Of a stretch of DNA of 64,000 nt, positions 16,418 to 25,831 are shown in pieces (the stretch's first letter is position 1; each line of letters starts with the position of its first letter). The notes under the pieces were generated by a model, which was not told the origin of the DNA, ran no database searches, and worked only from the letters and a program-made list of their open reading frames with translations. The stretch lies in NCBI GenBank assembly GCA_041744215.1, contig JBGTLG010000032.1, positions 32,001 to 96,000 on the forward strand, written 5' to 3'. The position numbers were made by a program, and so were the translations under genes. The DNA comes from Fimbriimonadales bacterium. GTDB taxonomy: Bacteria > Armatimonadota > Fimbriimonadia > Fimbriimonadales > ATM1.

Positions 16418-18340
16418 ATGTTTCGAGCACTCCTCCTGCTTTTGCCCTTTGCAACTGCATCCCATGCGTTTGCTGGACCTGCCGTCGCGGATTGGACAAT
16501 CATGTACTACATGTGTGCTGACAACGATCTCGAGTTTGCGCAGATGCAGGACCTCGAGGAGATGCTGGCTTCAAAAGGAAGCGACCGTGTCAATGTGATC
16601 GCATTGTCCGACAGACACGAGGAAGCTGAACACCCGTTCTCAGGTGCGGGCGCAGGAGGACTTGAGAATTGGACATCGGCGAAACTCTTGCAAGTCAAAC
16701 ACGAGCGGCTTGTAGAACTGGGTGATTGGGGCGAAGTCAATACAGCGGACGGAAAGACGCTGGCTCGTTTCATAGCCGAAGCAGCAAGCCGATTCCCTGC
16801 CAAGAGGTACGCACTCATTCTGGCGAATCACGGGGCTGGTTGGCCGGGTGGGTTCGTCGACGAAACGTCAGACGAATGGGATGACATGCTGACGCTCGCC
16901 GAGATCCGTGAAGCGCTGCGATCGACAAGGCGCCATTACAAACGCATGGAGATCATCGGTTTCGATGCTTGCTTGATGGCTAACATCGAGACGGCTCACG
17001 CCCTCGCTCCGTACACCAAGTTTCTGGTTGCATCGCAAGAGTTAGAGCCGTGGGAGGGTTGGTTCTACACCACCATTCTCGACGCGCTTTCGCAAAAGCC
17101 CACGATGGGGGGCAGGGAGATAGGTAAGACAATTGTGGACACATACTTCGATTTCTTCTCCTCAGGCGAGTCGCTGGCGATGAGCAAGGAATCGATGGCT
17201 ACATTGTCCGTTGTTGAGAGTGCCTATGTCTTCGCAGCAGCAAGAGCGCTCAACGATGTTGGGGCCGCAGCTGCGGCGGAGCTGACGAACGATCGACCCA
17301 AGTGGATTGAGATTGCAGCTGCGAGAAAGGTGACAGAAGAGTACGGTGTTTCCCCGATGGACGACTCCGTTGCGGCGTTTGACGCGATCTCGTTCGTTCA
17401 GAACTTAGGGCGTCGTACTTTGTCGCTGAGTGTCCGTGCAGCTGCCGCTGCCGCCGAGAAGTCGCTCCGTGCGTGCGTTGCATACACTCGATCAGGGGAG
17501 GCACGCCCCGGAGCAAATGGAATCAGCGTCTACTATCCCAAGGACCCGACGGCGCTCGAGCCGAATGGAGAGGACGGTTACGATTCGCTGACCTTCAATC
17601 GCGATGCGCGATGGTTGTCGATGCTTGAGCGGGTGGTAAGCGAGGCAGAGGAAGACGAGATGCCGCCTTTCGTCGGCACTGTACGACTGTCGGAATCTGT
17701 TGTCACCGGCGACAACACAATCAAGATTTCTGCAGACATGAAAGGCGATGATATCGCCGAGTCTTGGCTCGTGCTTGCACAGCGCATCCCATCTACCTCG
17801 CGGTATCTGGTGATCGGACGCGTCCCCGCTGACTATGGCGATGCAGAAAGCGTGACGATCGATTGGGATGGAAAGTGGTTCTTGCTTTCAGACGAGGAGA
17901 ACTTCTACGTTTGTCCCACTGTTCAAACCACACGAACGGCAGGAGGAGTGCTCTTCTATCTATCAGGTCAAGTCAAACGCAAAAACACAGCGGAGTGGAT
18001 CGACGCTACGCTCGTGTTCTTTCTCGCAGCGGAATCCGCGCAAGATGCCAGGTTTATCTATGCGATTCAGCGATCGCGATATGGAGTGGTTGAGGTGCAC
18101 ACCCAAGCTGGCGACGCGATAAGGCCGACCTATCTTATGGTTGACGAAAGCGGCGATCTCGAACTCGTTTTCGCGGAAGACGGGCCGAGCCTCATTCTTG
18201 GGGAGCGACTCCGAATAACGTATGGCGATGTGCCTGACGGAGACTACTTGATTGGAATCGTCGCGCGAGACTACGCGGATAACACCTCGGAGAGTTTCGG
18301 AAGCGTCACGATCCGTCGAACGGCTCCGATACGTAACTAG
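16418..18340 (+). CDS. Secreted clostripain-related cysteine peptidase (C11)
   Basis: WTIMYYMCADNDLE, NHGAGW (His), GFDACLM (Cys), ASQE; signal peptide. Confidence 0.9.
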   Translation: MFRALLLLLPFATASHAFAGPAVADWTIMYYMCADNDLEFAQMQDLEEMLASKGSDRVNVIALSDRHEEAEHPFSGAGAGGLENWTSAKLLQVKHERLVELGDWGEVNTADGKTLARFIAEAASRFPAKRYALILANHGAGWPGGFVDETSDEWDDMLTLAEIREALRSTRRHYKRMEIIGFDACLMANIETAHALAPYTKFLVASQELEPWEGWFYTTILDALSQKPTMGGREIGKTIVDTYFDFFSSGESLAMSKESMATLSVVESAYVFAAARALNDVGAAAAAELTNDRPKWIEIAAARKVTEEYGVSPMDDSVAAFDAISFVQNLGRRTLSLSVRAAAAAAEKSLRACVAYTRSGEARPGANGISVYYPKDPTALEPNGEDGYDSLTFNRDARWLSMLERVVSEAEEDEMPPFVGTVRLSESVVTGDNTIKISADMKGDDIAESWLVLAQRIPSTSRYLVIGRVPADYGDAESVTIDWDGKWFLLSDEENFYVCPTVQTTRTAGGVLFYLSGQVKRKNTAEWIDATLVFFLAAESAQDARFIYAIQRSRYGVVEVHTQAGDAIRPTYLMVDESGDLELVFAEDGPSLILGERLRITYGDVPDGDYLIGIVARDYADNTSESFGSVTIRRTAPIRN

Positions 18341-18410
18341 TGCGCCCCCGAGCGTGATTCTGCTACCATACGGCCCCGGTCTAGTTGCCTGCCGGAGATT
18401 GGAGGGTTGC

Positions 18411-20957
18411 ATGAAAACTTTGACTTGTAGATCCGCATTCGTCGTCTGTGCTGTGATGGCTATCGCAGCAGCCACCGCTCAGTCGAGCACGGTGTTTGGT
18501 GAGATGATCCGGGGCCTTTCCGCTCGATCAATTGGGCCAGCAAACCCGTCGGGTCGAATCGTTGAACTAGCAGTCGTCGAGAGCAATCCCAGCACGTTCT
18601 ACTTTGCTGCTGCCAACGGCGGCGTCTGGAAAACGGTCGATGGTGGAAAAACGTTTGCCCCGATTTTTGACGACTACTCCGCCGTCGGGGTATGCAGCGT
18701 CGCAGTCAGCCAATCGAATCCCGACATCGTTTGGGTCGGAACTGGGGAGGGCAACATCATTCGCAGCGGATCCTGGGGCAGCGGTGTTTACAAATCGGTA
18801 GATGGCGGCAAGTCGTTCCAACACATGGGGCTACGCGAAAGTCGCCAGAACGCGCGCATCGTGATTCACCCGACTAACCCGGACATAGTCTACGTTGCTG
18901 CGCTTGGCCACGCGTGGGGTCCAAACTCTGAGCGCGGTCTCTACAAGACAGACAACGGCGGACAGACGTGGACCAAATTGCTCGGCGACGAAGAAAACAC
19001 CGGCTGTATCGAAGTCACAATGGACTCTCAGAATCCAGACATCCTTTACGCTTCGCTTTATCACTATCGACGTGACGCATTTTCCGGAACCTCTCCTCGT
19101 ATTGAATGGGGACCGGGTTCAGGGTGCTTTCGCACGGAAGACGCCGGAAAGAATTGGACGAGACTTAGCAACGGTTTCCCTGATGGAGAACTGGGTCGCG
19201 TTGGCTTCGCTGTCTACCGCAAGGATCCTAACGTCGTTTACGCAGTCGTGCAGGCGCCGACTAGGCAGGAGACTGGAACTTACAGGTCGAACGACCGAGG
19301 CAAGACTTGGGAAAAAGTTAATGATTTTCAAGCAAATCCGCCGTTCTTCTATGGGCAGATTCGCGTGGATCCAAACGATCCCGAGACGATCTTTCTATGC
19401 AACGTTCAATTGACTTGGTCGACGGACGGAGGGAAAACGTTGCAGCCTGTTCAGCAGCGCGGCGTTCACGAGGATCACCACGCACTGTGGATCAACCCGG
19501 CTGATTCAAACCACATCATCCTCGGTAATGACGGCGGCATTTACATCACGACCGACAGGGCTCAGTCTTGGACATGGGTTGCCAATTCGCCGCTCGGACA
19601 ATTCTACGCGGTTGGTTACGACATGGCGACTCCATACAATGTTATGGGCGGCGTTCAAGACAATGGAAGTTGGCACGGCCCTAGTCGCACATACAACTCC
19701 GTGGGGATACAAAACTCGGATTGGCGGCGCGTTGGCGGAGGGGATGGTTTTTACGTCTGGGCGGACCCGACAGATCATAACATCGTCTACTCCGAGAGCC
19801 AGTACGGCGTCCTGCGCCGCTATAACTTTGCAGAATCGAATCAAGCGAAGAACATCCAGCCGAGGCCTGCCACGGGCGAGGCTCGCTATCGGTTCAACTG
19901 GAACACACCTCTCTTGATCTCCTACCACGACCCAGCGACCCTCTATTTTGGTGGACATGTCCTCTTTCGATCGAAGGATCGAGGAGACACTTGGGAGACA
20001 ATCAGCGAGGACTTGACTCGTGGGATGCCCGAGGGGCGCAACGACACCGGACACACGATCACGGCGATCGACGAATCGAAGGTCAAGCAGGGAGTGATCT
20101 GGGTCGGAACTGACGACGGAAGGCTCCACGTGACCCTCGATGACGGCCAGTCCTGGACCGAGGTGACGGACAACATTCCGGGAATCCCCAATGACGGCTG
20201 GTTTTCGCGCGTCGAGACTTCCCACTTTGATGAGGCGACTGCCTTCATAGCCGTCGATAGACATCGCAACAATGATGTGTATCCTCACATCTTCAGAACG
20301 ACGGATTACGGCAAGTCATTCACTCGAATCACCGGAGATCTGCCGATGGCCAATGTCCATTCCGTACGCCAGTCTTCGAAGAACTCCAACTTGCTTTTTG
20401 CGGGCACAGAGCGTGGCGTTTACGCAACGAACAATGGTGGCGTGAATTGGCATCACTTCGTTTTGTCTGGAATGCCTCGCCACGCGATCGTTCACGATAT
20501 TCAGATTCATCCGCGTGAACGTGAACTCATCGTCGCTACACACGGCCGCAGTTTCTACATCATAGACATCGCGCCGCTGGAAGAATCCGTTACGAGCGAC
20601 GCATATCTCTTCCATATCAAACCCGCAGTCTCGTTTGATCCGGCTGACGTTGATACAGATCCGACGTCTTTCTTCGGTGAAAACCCACCGTACGGCGCTA
20701 TCATTCACTTCTGGATCAGCCCTTCAGCCAGCGAGCCCGGGCACCTGATCATTAAAGATGCGCTCGGTGTAGAACTCCGCAAAATCGACATACCCGCAAA
20801 AAGCGGCCTACATACCGCCGTATGGGATTTGGTTCACGGTGAAGGCAGAGTTGCGCCAGGCGAATACACCGTTACTCTCGTCGTCGGTGATCGCGCATCG
20901 ACTCGTACGGTCAGCGTGGTCAAGCCAAAACCAACCGGCTTGCACGAGCGCCAGTAA
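18411..20957 (+). CDS. Secreted VPS10/BNR (Asp-box) beta-propeller protein with C-terminal FlgD-Ig-like domain
   Basis: ARSIGPANPSGRI; multiple SxDGGxTW Asp-boxes; HEDHHALW; GGVQDNG; SD GGAGG before ATG 18411. Confidence 0.9.
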   Translation: MKTLTCRSAFVVCAVMAIAAATAQSSTVFGEMIRGLSARSIGPANPSGRIVELAVVESNPSTFYFAAANGGVWKTVDGGKTFAPIFDDYSAVGVCSVAVSQSNPDIVWVGTGEGNIIRSGSWGSGVYKSVDGGKSFQHMGLRESRQNARIVIHPTNPDIVYVAALGHAWGPNSERGLYKTDNGGQTWTKLLGDEENTGCIEVTMDSQNPDILYASLYHYRRDAFSGTSPRIEWGPGSGCFRTEDAGKNWTRLSNGFPDGELGRVGFAVYRKDPNVVYAVVQAPTRQETGTYRSNDRGKTWEKVNDFQANPPFFYGQIRVDPNDPETIFLCNVQLTWSTDGGKTLQPVQQRGVHEDHHALWINPADSNHIILGNDGGIYITTDRAQSWTWVANSPLGQFYAVGYDMATPYNVMGGVQDNGSWHGPSRTYNSVGIQNSDWRRVGGGDGFYVWADPTDHNIVYSESQYGVLRRYNFAESNQAKNIQPRPATGEARYRFNWNTPLLISYHDPATLYFGGHVLFRSKDRGDTWETISEDLTRGMPEGRNDTGHTITAIDESKVKQGVIWVGTDDGRLHVTLDDGQSWTEVTDNIPGIPNDGWFSRVETSHFDEATAFIAVDRHRNNDVYPHIFRTTDYGKSFTRITGDLPMANVHSVRQSSKNSNLLFAGTERGVYATNNGGVNWHHFVLSGMPRHAIVHDIQIHPRERELIVATHGRSFYIIDIAPLEESVTSDAYLFHIKPAVSFDPADVDTDPTSFFGENPPYGAIIHFWISPSASEPGHLIIKDALGVELRKIDIPAKSGLHTAVWDLVHGEGRVAPGEYTVTLVVGDRASTRTVSVVKPKPTGLHERQ

Positions 20958-20994
20958 CCGTCCGTAATCGGTAATCATGCACAATGCGGGTCAG

Positions 20995-21780
20995 ATGATC
21001 CGCATTGGCACCTCGGGTTTTCATTACAATGATTGGAAAGGAAACTTCTACCCGAGCAACGTCGCAAAATCGCAGTGGTTCGACCACTACTCGCGAGAGT
21101 TTGATTGCGTTGAGCTGAATGCTTCCTACTATGCGTGGCTGACTGAAAGAACGGTTCTCAGTCTCGTCGCCCGCGCTCCCGCTGGGTTCTCATTTACAGT
21201 AAAGCTGCACCGATCGCTAACACACGAACGCGACGACCGAGAATCTGCGATTCGAAAAACTAAGGAACAAAATCGCCCGTTCGCCGAAAGCGGGATGCTT
21301 GGCACAACTCTCGCTCAGTTTCCCAACTCCTTTCGCCATAGCAAAACAAATGAAGATTACATTGCCTGGCTAGCGTACGAACTAGCGCCACTCAACGTTG
21401 AGTTTCGCCACGAGAGTTGGCACCGGTCCTCAGACCTTTATCGCAAGGTCGGAGTCGGTGCTGTCTGTGTTGATGAGCCGGAAATCCCAGGCCTAGTGCC
21501 ATGGGACGTTTCATCCGCAAGCGAGATCGGCTATGTCCGCTTCCACGGAAGAAACGCTGCCGCTTGGTACAACCACGAACACTCCTTCGAGCGCTATGAC
21601 TACCTATACTCATTAGAGCAGCTTGAGGGCCGAGTCCCCGATATTCAAACGCTTTCCGCCGAAACGAGCGCCACCTATGTGTTCTTCAATAATCACTACG
21701 GGGCGCAGGCGGTCACGAACGCGAGGCAGCTGAAGGGGCTCCTGGGTCTTGGGGGCCGGAAAAATCCCCAGCTTTTCTGA
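20995..21780 (+). CDS. DUF72 domain protein
   Basis: IRIGTSGF.Y.DW.G.FYP, VELNASYY, EFRHESW, YVRFHGRN, YDYLYS, FFNNH. Confidence 0.93.
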   Translation: MIRIGTSGFHYNDWKGNFYPSNVAKSQWFDHYSREFDCVELNASYYAWLTERTVLSLVARAPAGFSFTVKLHRSLTHERDDRESAIRKTKEQNRPFAESGMLGTTLAQFPNSFRHSKTNEDYIAWLAYELAPLNVEFRHESWHRSSDLYRKVGVGAVCVDEPEIPGLVPWDVSSASEIGYVRFHGRNAAAWYNHEHSFERYDYLYSLEQLEGRVPDIQTLSAETSATYVFFNNHYGAQAVTNARQLKGLLGLGGRKNPQLF

Positions 21781-21941
21781 ACGCTCGACCCCTCAATTGG
21801 CGTCATAAGCCGGGGGTACATGGAGTATCCTCGTATACTGAAAGGCGCGTTGCCCAGTCGCGATCACAGCGACAGGCACATCGATTCGGTCGGCGGCCGC
21901 GCCCTCGTCGGCCCACATACTCAAGAATGGAGGAATTTGGA

Positions 21942-23561
21942 ATGAGGAGACTTGCTATCTCTCTCGGCGCGCTGGTCATTGTTTCCGGCGCGTTCGCAGG
22001 GGGCACTCCCGACAATATCTATCGCAACATGCTTGCGATCCCTGGGTCCTTCTTTGCGTCTGGCAACGAATACGGCGACAAAGTAACCCTCGATACAGGT
22101 AGCAGAAACCTGACATCGTTTACGCTTGCCTATGTTGCCGACCTCACGACTGGCCAGAACGACGAAACTGTTCAAGTCCGAATCTACGACGCAACTGGCA
22201 CTGGCGGCGGCCCCGGCACAATGCTCTGGCAAAGTACCGATATGCCCATCCGCGACGGCCTGTGGAGCAAAACGATTGTGATCTCCGGCGGCCTCACCGT
22301 ACCAGACGACATTATCTACACGGTTGAGTTCAAGAACATGGACATGATCGCCGGCGATCGCGCTGGACTGGTACTGTCCGATCCGCCTACGAGAGGCTCA
22401 AGCACGAACGACTTTTGGATGTTCGACATGGGTGCCTGGGGTGAGTTCGAGTTCACCGGCGGCGTACCCGTCGCAAACTTCCAAGCCTCGTTCTGGGTTG
22501 ATGGTGTCGCACCGCAGCCCTACCAAAACGAGATCGTGCCGCCGGAAGATTGGGACTTCTACTTCCCCGGCTTCCATGAGTTCGGCGATCAGATCGACCT
22601 CGAAGGCACCAAGCGAAAGATCTCTGCAATCCGCTTCCCGATCTACTGCCCTGAACTCGCTGCCCCCGGCGACGAAGAACTGGTCGTCAGAATCTGGAAA
22701 CTGGATGGAGTCGACCAAGTACCGGGAACGATGCTCTGGGAGAGTGCGCCGATGCCATTCGTCGCAGACCCAGCCAATGTGCAGTTTTTCGACGTCAGCG
22801 TTCCGAACGTGACAGTCGAAGATGCGATCGTATGGACTGTTGAGTTTAGGGGTGTTGCTCAAACTTCGCCACCAAACCCGACCGACAACGCTGGACTGCT
22901 CATGACTGGCAAGTACGACTCGGCGACACAGGTCATCACTGACTTCGAGCCTCAGTTGGGATCGAGCCGCGATTTCTTCGTCGGAAGAAATGTACCGTCA
23001 CAAACCGAAGAGTGGACATTCTGGGTGTTCCGAACCGCAATGCAACCGCTCGGCCCGCAGGCCAACTTTGAAGTCGCCTTCGACGGCGTCGGCACAGAGA
23101 AGTTGGTTCCGACCGCGTTCGGCCTCTTGACAGGCGTCCAAACGGCCGGCAACCTCCAAAGCCTAATCAGTCTCGACAACGATCGCTTGTTCGTTCGTGA
23201 AGCTCCACCGCTCGCCCTCGGACTTCCGTCGGTTGCGGTTAACGTCGACACTGTTTCGCCGACGCTCAACCCATCAGCGCTGACGATCAAGGTCGTCATG
23301 AACACCAGCGGCGCGCCGGCAGGTGCAGTTCAGTTCCGCGTACTCGGAGTACTTGGTAACAACACAACCGAGCTTCTCTCGACTACGGCAGGAACGTCGA
23401 CTGACCAGACGATCACAATCACGCCGACTGGCGATCTTTCGAGATTCGTCCAGTCCGGATCAAATCGCTTGCGGGTTCGCCTGCAAATGTTCGATCCAGG
23501 CACGCTCTTCAACTTCGGTTGGAGCGCGCGGATCAACCAAGTTAGCTGGGAAATCGAGTAA
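21942..23561 (+). CDS. Secreted protein with two tandem beta domains and a shared C-terminal domain
   Basis: SD GGAGG, signal peptide; duplicated EYGD/EFGD...PGTMLW...TVEF...AGL...GSS...ANF unit; C-terminal domain similar to that of 48041..50314. Confidence 0.85.
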   Translation: MRRLAISLGALVIVSGAFAGGTPDNIYRNMLAIPGSFFASGNEYGDKVTLDTGSRNLTSFTLAYVADLTTGQNDETVQVRIYDATGTGGGPGTMLWQSTDMPIRDGLWSKTIVISGGLTVPDDIIYTVEFKNMDMIAGDRAGLVLSDPPTRGSSTNDFWMFDMGAWGEFEFTGGVPVANFQASFWVDGVAPQPYQNEIVPPEDWDFYFPGFHEFGDQIDLEGTKRKISAIRFPIYCPELAAPGDEELVVRIWKLDGVDQVPGTMLWESAPMPFVADPANVQFFDVSVPNVTVEDAIVWTVEFRGVAQTSPPNPTDNAGLLMTGKYDSATQVITDFEPQLGSSRDFFVGRNVPSQTEEWTFWVFRTAMQPLGPQANFEVAFDGVGTEKLVPTAFGLLTGVQTAGNLQSLISLDNDRLFVREAPPLALGLPSVAVNVDTVSPTLNPSALTIKVVMNTSGAPAGAVQFRVLGVLGNNTTELLSTTAGTSTDQTITITPTGDLSRFVQSGSNRLRVRLQMFDPGTLFNFGWSARINQVSWEIE

Positions 23562-23581
23562 CTTCGACTCCAAGCTGCTCT

Positions 23582-23619
23582 AGAATCGGCCGGCGGGACG
23601 CCGGCCGATTCTCTTTTTT
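23582..23619 (+). terminator. Rho-independent terminator between convergent genes
   Basis: AGAATCGGCCGGCG-GGA-CGCCGGCCGATTCT followed by CTTTTTT. Confidence 0.8.
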
Positions 23620-23968
23620 ACTTGACATAAGTTTCCGAATCCATTTCGCGCAGTTCCAAAGTCACTTTCGCGAGACCGTTCGAAATTGAATCGGAAAACA
23701 GATCGCTGACCACTTTCGCCAGTTCGCGAGCGATTCTTTGGCGCAGCTCAACGGGCCGACCCGTAAGAATCGACACTTGGCAATGAACATATCCCGGGGT
23801 TGATCCTTCTCCCATGGACCACACTTCCCTCTTCGTAAAGTATGCCTTGATCGAGGCGGCGCTGATCGTCTCGCACGACGCGAGCTGGGAACATAGCGCG
23901 TCCAGAACATTGCTCGCAGACTCGCATTCGGGAAGGTTTGAAGTTGCTTCCAAATGTATGTGTGGCAT
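23618..23968 (-). CDS. 5-carboxymethyl-2-hydroxymuconate isomerase-like tautomerase
   Basis: MPHIHLE (catalytic Pro1), YVHCQVSILTGR, LELREMD. Confidence 0.85.
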   Translation of the reverse strand: MPHIHLEATSNLPECESASNVLDALCSQLASCETISAASIKAYFTKREVWSMGEGSTPGYVHCQVSILTGRPVELRQRIARELAKVVSDLFSDSISNGLAKVTLELREMDSETYVK

Positions 23969-23970
23969 TG

Positions 23971-25101
23971 CTATCCGTTATAAATGATCTTCTTGACGAC
24001 GTCGATCGTGTTCGCCGCATCGCCAGTCGACATTGCCTCGTCCAGATCGGGCTTTCTGGCGTAGATCTTGAGCGCCTTCTTCATGCTGTTTGCGAAGAAC
24101 TCCATACTAAGACGCATCGAGCGCACTTGCTCCGTGCGATAGGTGAACTGATCCTCGCCAAACCAGCCGTCATAGCCAGTATCAATCGCCGCATAGCAGA
24201 ACTCGACCAACCGCCAAATGTCGTCCGTTCCAGCAATCCGATCTTCGTCATTGCTGTTGAACTTCGCGCCGTTGATGTGGAAGTTCGCGATGGGAACGCC
24301 GAGTGTTTTCAGCATGTAGAGCGAGTCGGCGGGAGTGTTCCCCACCATCTGCTCGTGACCATAATCAATCACCACCCCCATAACAGTCTTGCCAAGATTC
24401 TTGTTGACTTCTTGCGCAACCAACGCCGCCTTAGCGACGGTGTTGACAATCATGTTGCCCTCGCGAGGTTCCTTTTGCTTTGGCTCGGTTCCGAACTTGA
24501 GCCCCAAATCATCGCAGCGTTTTGCGATCTCCGTGCAACCGTCGATATACCAAGACAGGCGTTTGCCGTAGTCAACTTCAAAGTGATAGTCCCAGCCGTC
24601 CGAACCTGGCCAGATGTTACAGCTCACGCAGCCCACCTCTTCGGCTATCTCAACTCCCTGCAAACACACAGCCAAACACTCTCGCCTCACGCTAGAATCA
24701 GGATGCGTGATTCCGCCGAACTTCCACTTTGGATCAGTCCAGGTATTCATGTTCATGTTCGTCGCGACAACCGAGTGCCTGGTCAATCCTTCTTTGACGT
24801 CGGCGATGATCGACGGGACTTTGCGATACGCCTGGTCAATAAAGACTCGCTCATGGAACTCGATTCCTCGAATGCCGGCCAATGAGACGCGCTCGATCTG
24901 CGGAAGAATGCCGTCCTCGAACGAAGGGTCGTCGCTGTTGTAGCCAATTGGGCAGAAGCGGTCAAAAAACTCACCTGCGCACCAATGCCCCGCGGCAAAC
25001 TGAATTCCGAAATCTTTAATGAACTCGTCGACGAGCTCCCCGTCGATATAACCGAGATACTTCGATTCGAGCAGCGATAAGGCGGCGGCGTCTGTTTTCA
25101 T
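23971..25101 (-). CDS. Xylose isomerase-like TIM-barrel sugar isomerase
   Basis: NIWPGSDG, EPKQKEPRE, IDYGHE, FHIN, DEDR, GEDQF. Confidence 0.85.
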   Translation of the reverse strand: MKTDAAALSLLESKYLGYIDGELVDEFIKDFGIQFAAGHWCAGEFFDRFCPIGYNSDDPSFEDGILPQIERVSLAGIRGIEFHERVFIDQAYRKVPSIIADVKEGLTRHSVVATNMNMNTWTDPKWKFGGITHPDSSVRRECLAVCLQGVEIAEEVGCVSCNIWPGSDGWDYHFEVDYGKRLSWYIDGCTEIAKRCDDLGLKFGTEPKQKEPREGNMIVNTVAKAALVAQEVNKNLGKTVMGVVIDYGHEQMVGNTPADSLYMLKTLGVPIANFHINGAKFNSNDEDRIAGTDDIWRLVEFCYAAIDTGYDGWFGEDQFTYRTEQVRSMRLSMEFFANSMKKALKIYARKPDLDEAMSTGDAANTIDVVKKIIYNG

Positions 25102-25130
25102 TGTGGCCGACTACTTCGACAGCATCCTGG

Positions 25131-25814
25131 CTATCTCCTGCATGGCCGGAGACCGTACACATCCACCGAAACACCAGGTGAGTAGAATCCGATCGGCGCG
25201 AGATCGGGACGCTCGATCTGGTTCGCCGCGAGCATCGATTCTTCTACCTTCTGAACTTTCACTGACTGAATCTTGTATTTTGGGTGAACGACGTCCGCGG
25301 AACAGAGTTGTCCCCTCCGCATGGTGAAAAGCCGATAGCGCTCCACCAAAAACTCGTCCAGAGATCCTTCGGTAGCCTCTGACGCCGCACCGGAGATCGA
25401 GACCTCAATGGAGTGTTCTGCGGGAACCTGAGATGACCCTTTGCGCGATGACTCGTACCGAATCGTAGCCCCGACATCCAGCCGCATGCTTGCACGATGA
25501 TACGGCAGAGAGTAGAAAGCCCTCGCGATTCCGACCACCAGCGGATTCGAAGCATCGAGGCTGAAAAACCAGATGCCGATATCATCCCCCGAGCGAACAT
25601 AAGTTCTCACATTAGTCTCGTGAAGCGAGGATAAGCCAGGGATTGGTGGAAGAGCAACGTGACGAATGCCAGACATTGTGAATGGGATGAGTCCCACCCA
25701 TGCCTGACCGTCGAACGTATCGATTTCCAGTACGCCTGGCACGAGAGCCTGCAGTGACGCTGCAGGTACCGGCCAATGCAGAAACGTCAGGTGATGCCAA
25801 CTTTGACGCATCAC
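25131..25814 (-). CDS. YqjF family (DUF2071) protein
   Basis: MRQSWHHLTFLHW, ETNVRTYV, GIWFFSLDA, FLVERY. Confidence 0.92.
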   Translation of the reverse strand: MMRQSWHHLTFLHWPVPAASLQALVPGVLEIDTFDGQAWVGLIPFTMSGIRHVALPPIPGLSSLHETNVRTYVRSGDDIGIWFFSLDASNPLVVGIARAFYSLPYHRASMRLDVGATIRYESSRKGSSQVPAEHSIEVSISGAASEATEGSLDEFLVERYRLFTMRRGQLCSADVVHPKYKIQSVKVQKVEESMLAANQIERPDLAPIGFYSPGVSVDVYGLRPCRR

Positions 25815-25831
25815 CCTTCGACCCGAAGGGC

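Noticed and set aside
19506-20288. 260-aa ORF on the - strand
   Set aside because: Antisense shadow of the VPS10/BNR gene.
23938-24885. 315-aa ORF on the + strand
   Set aside because: Antisense shadow of the sugar isomerase; no motifs.
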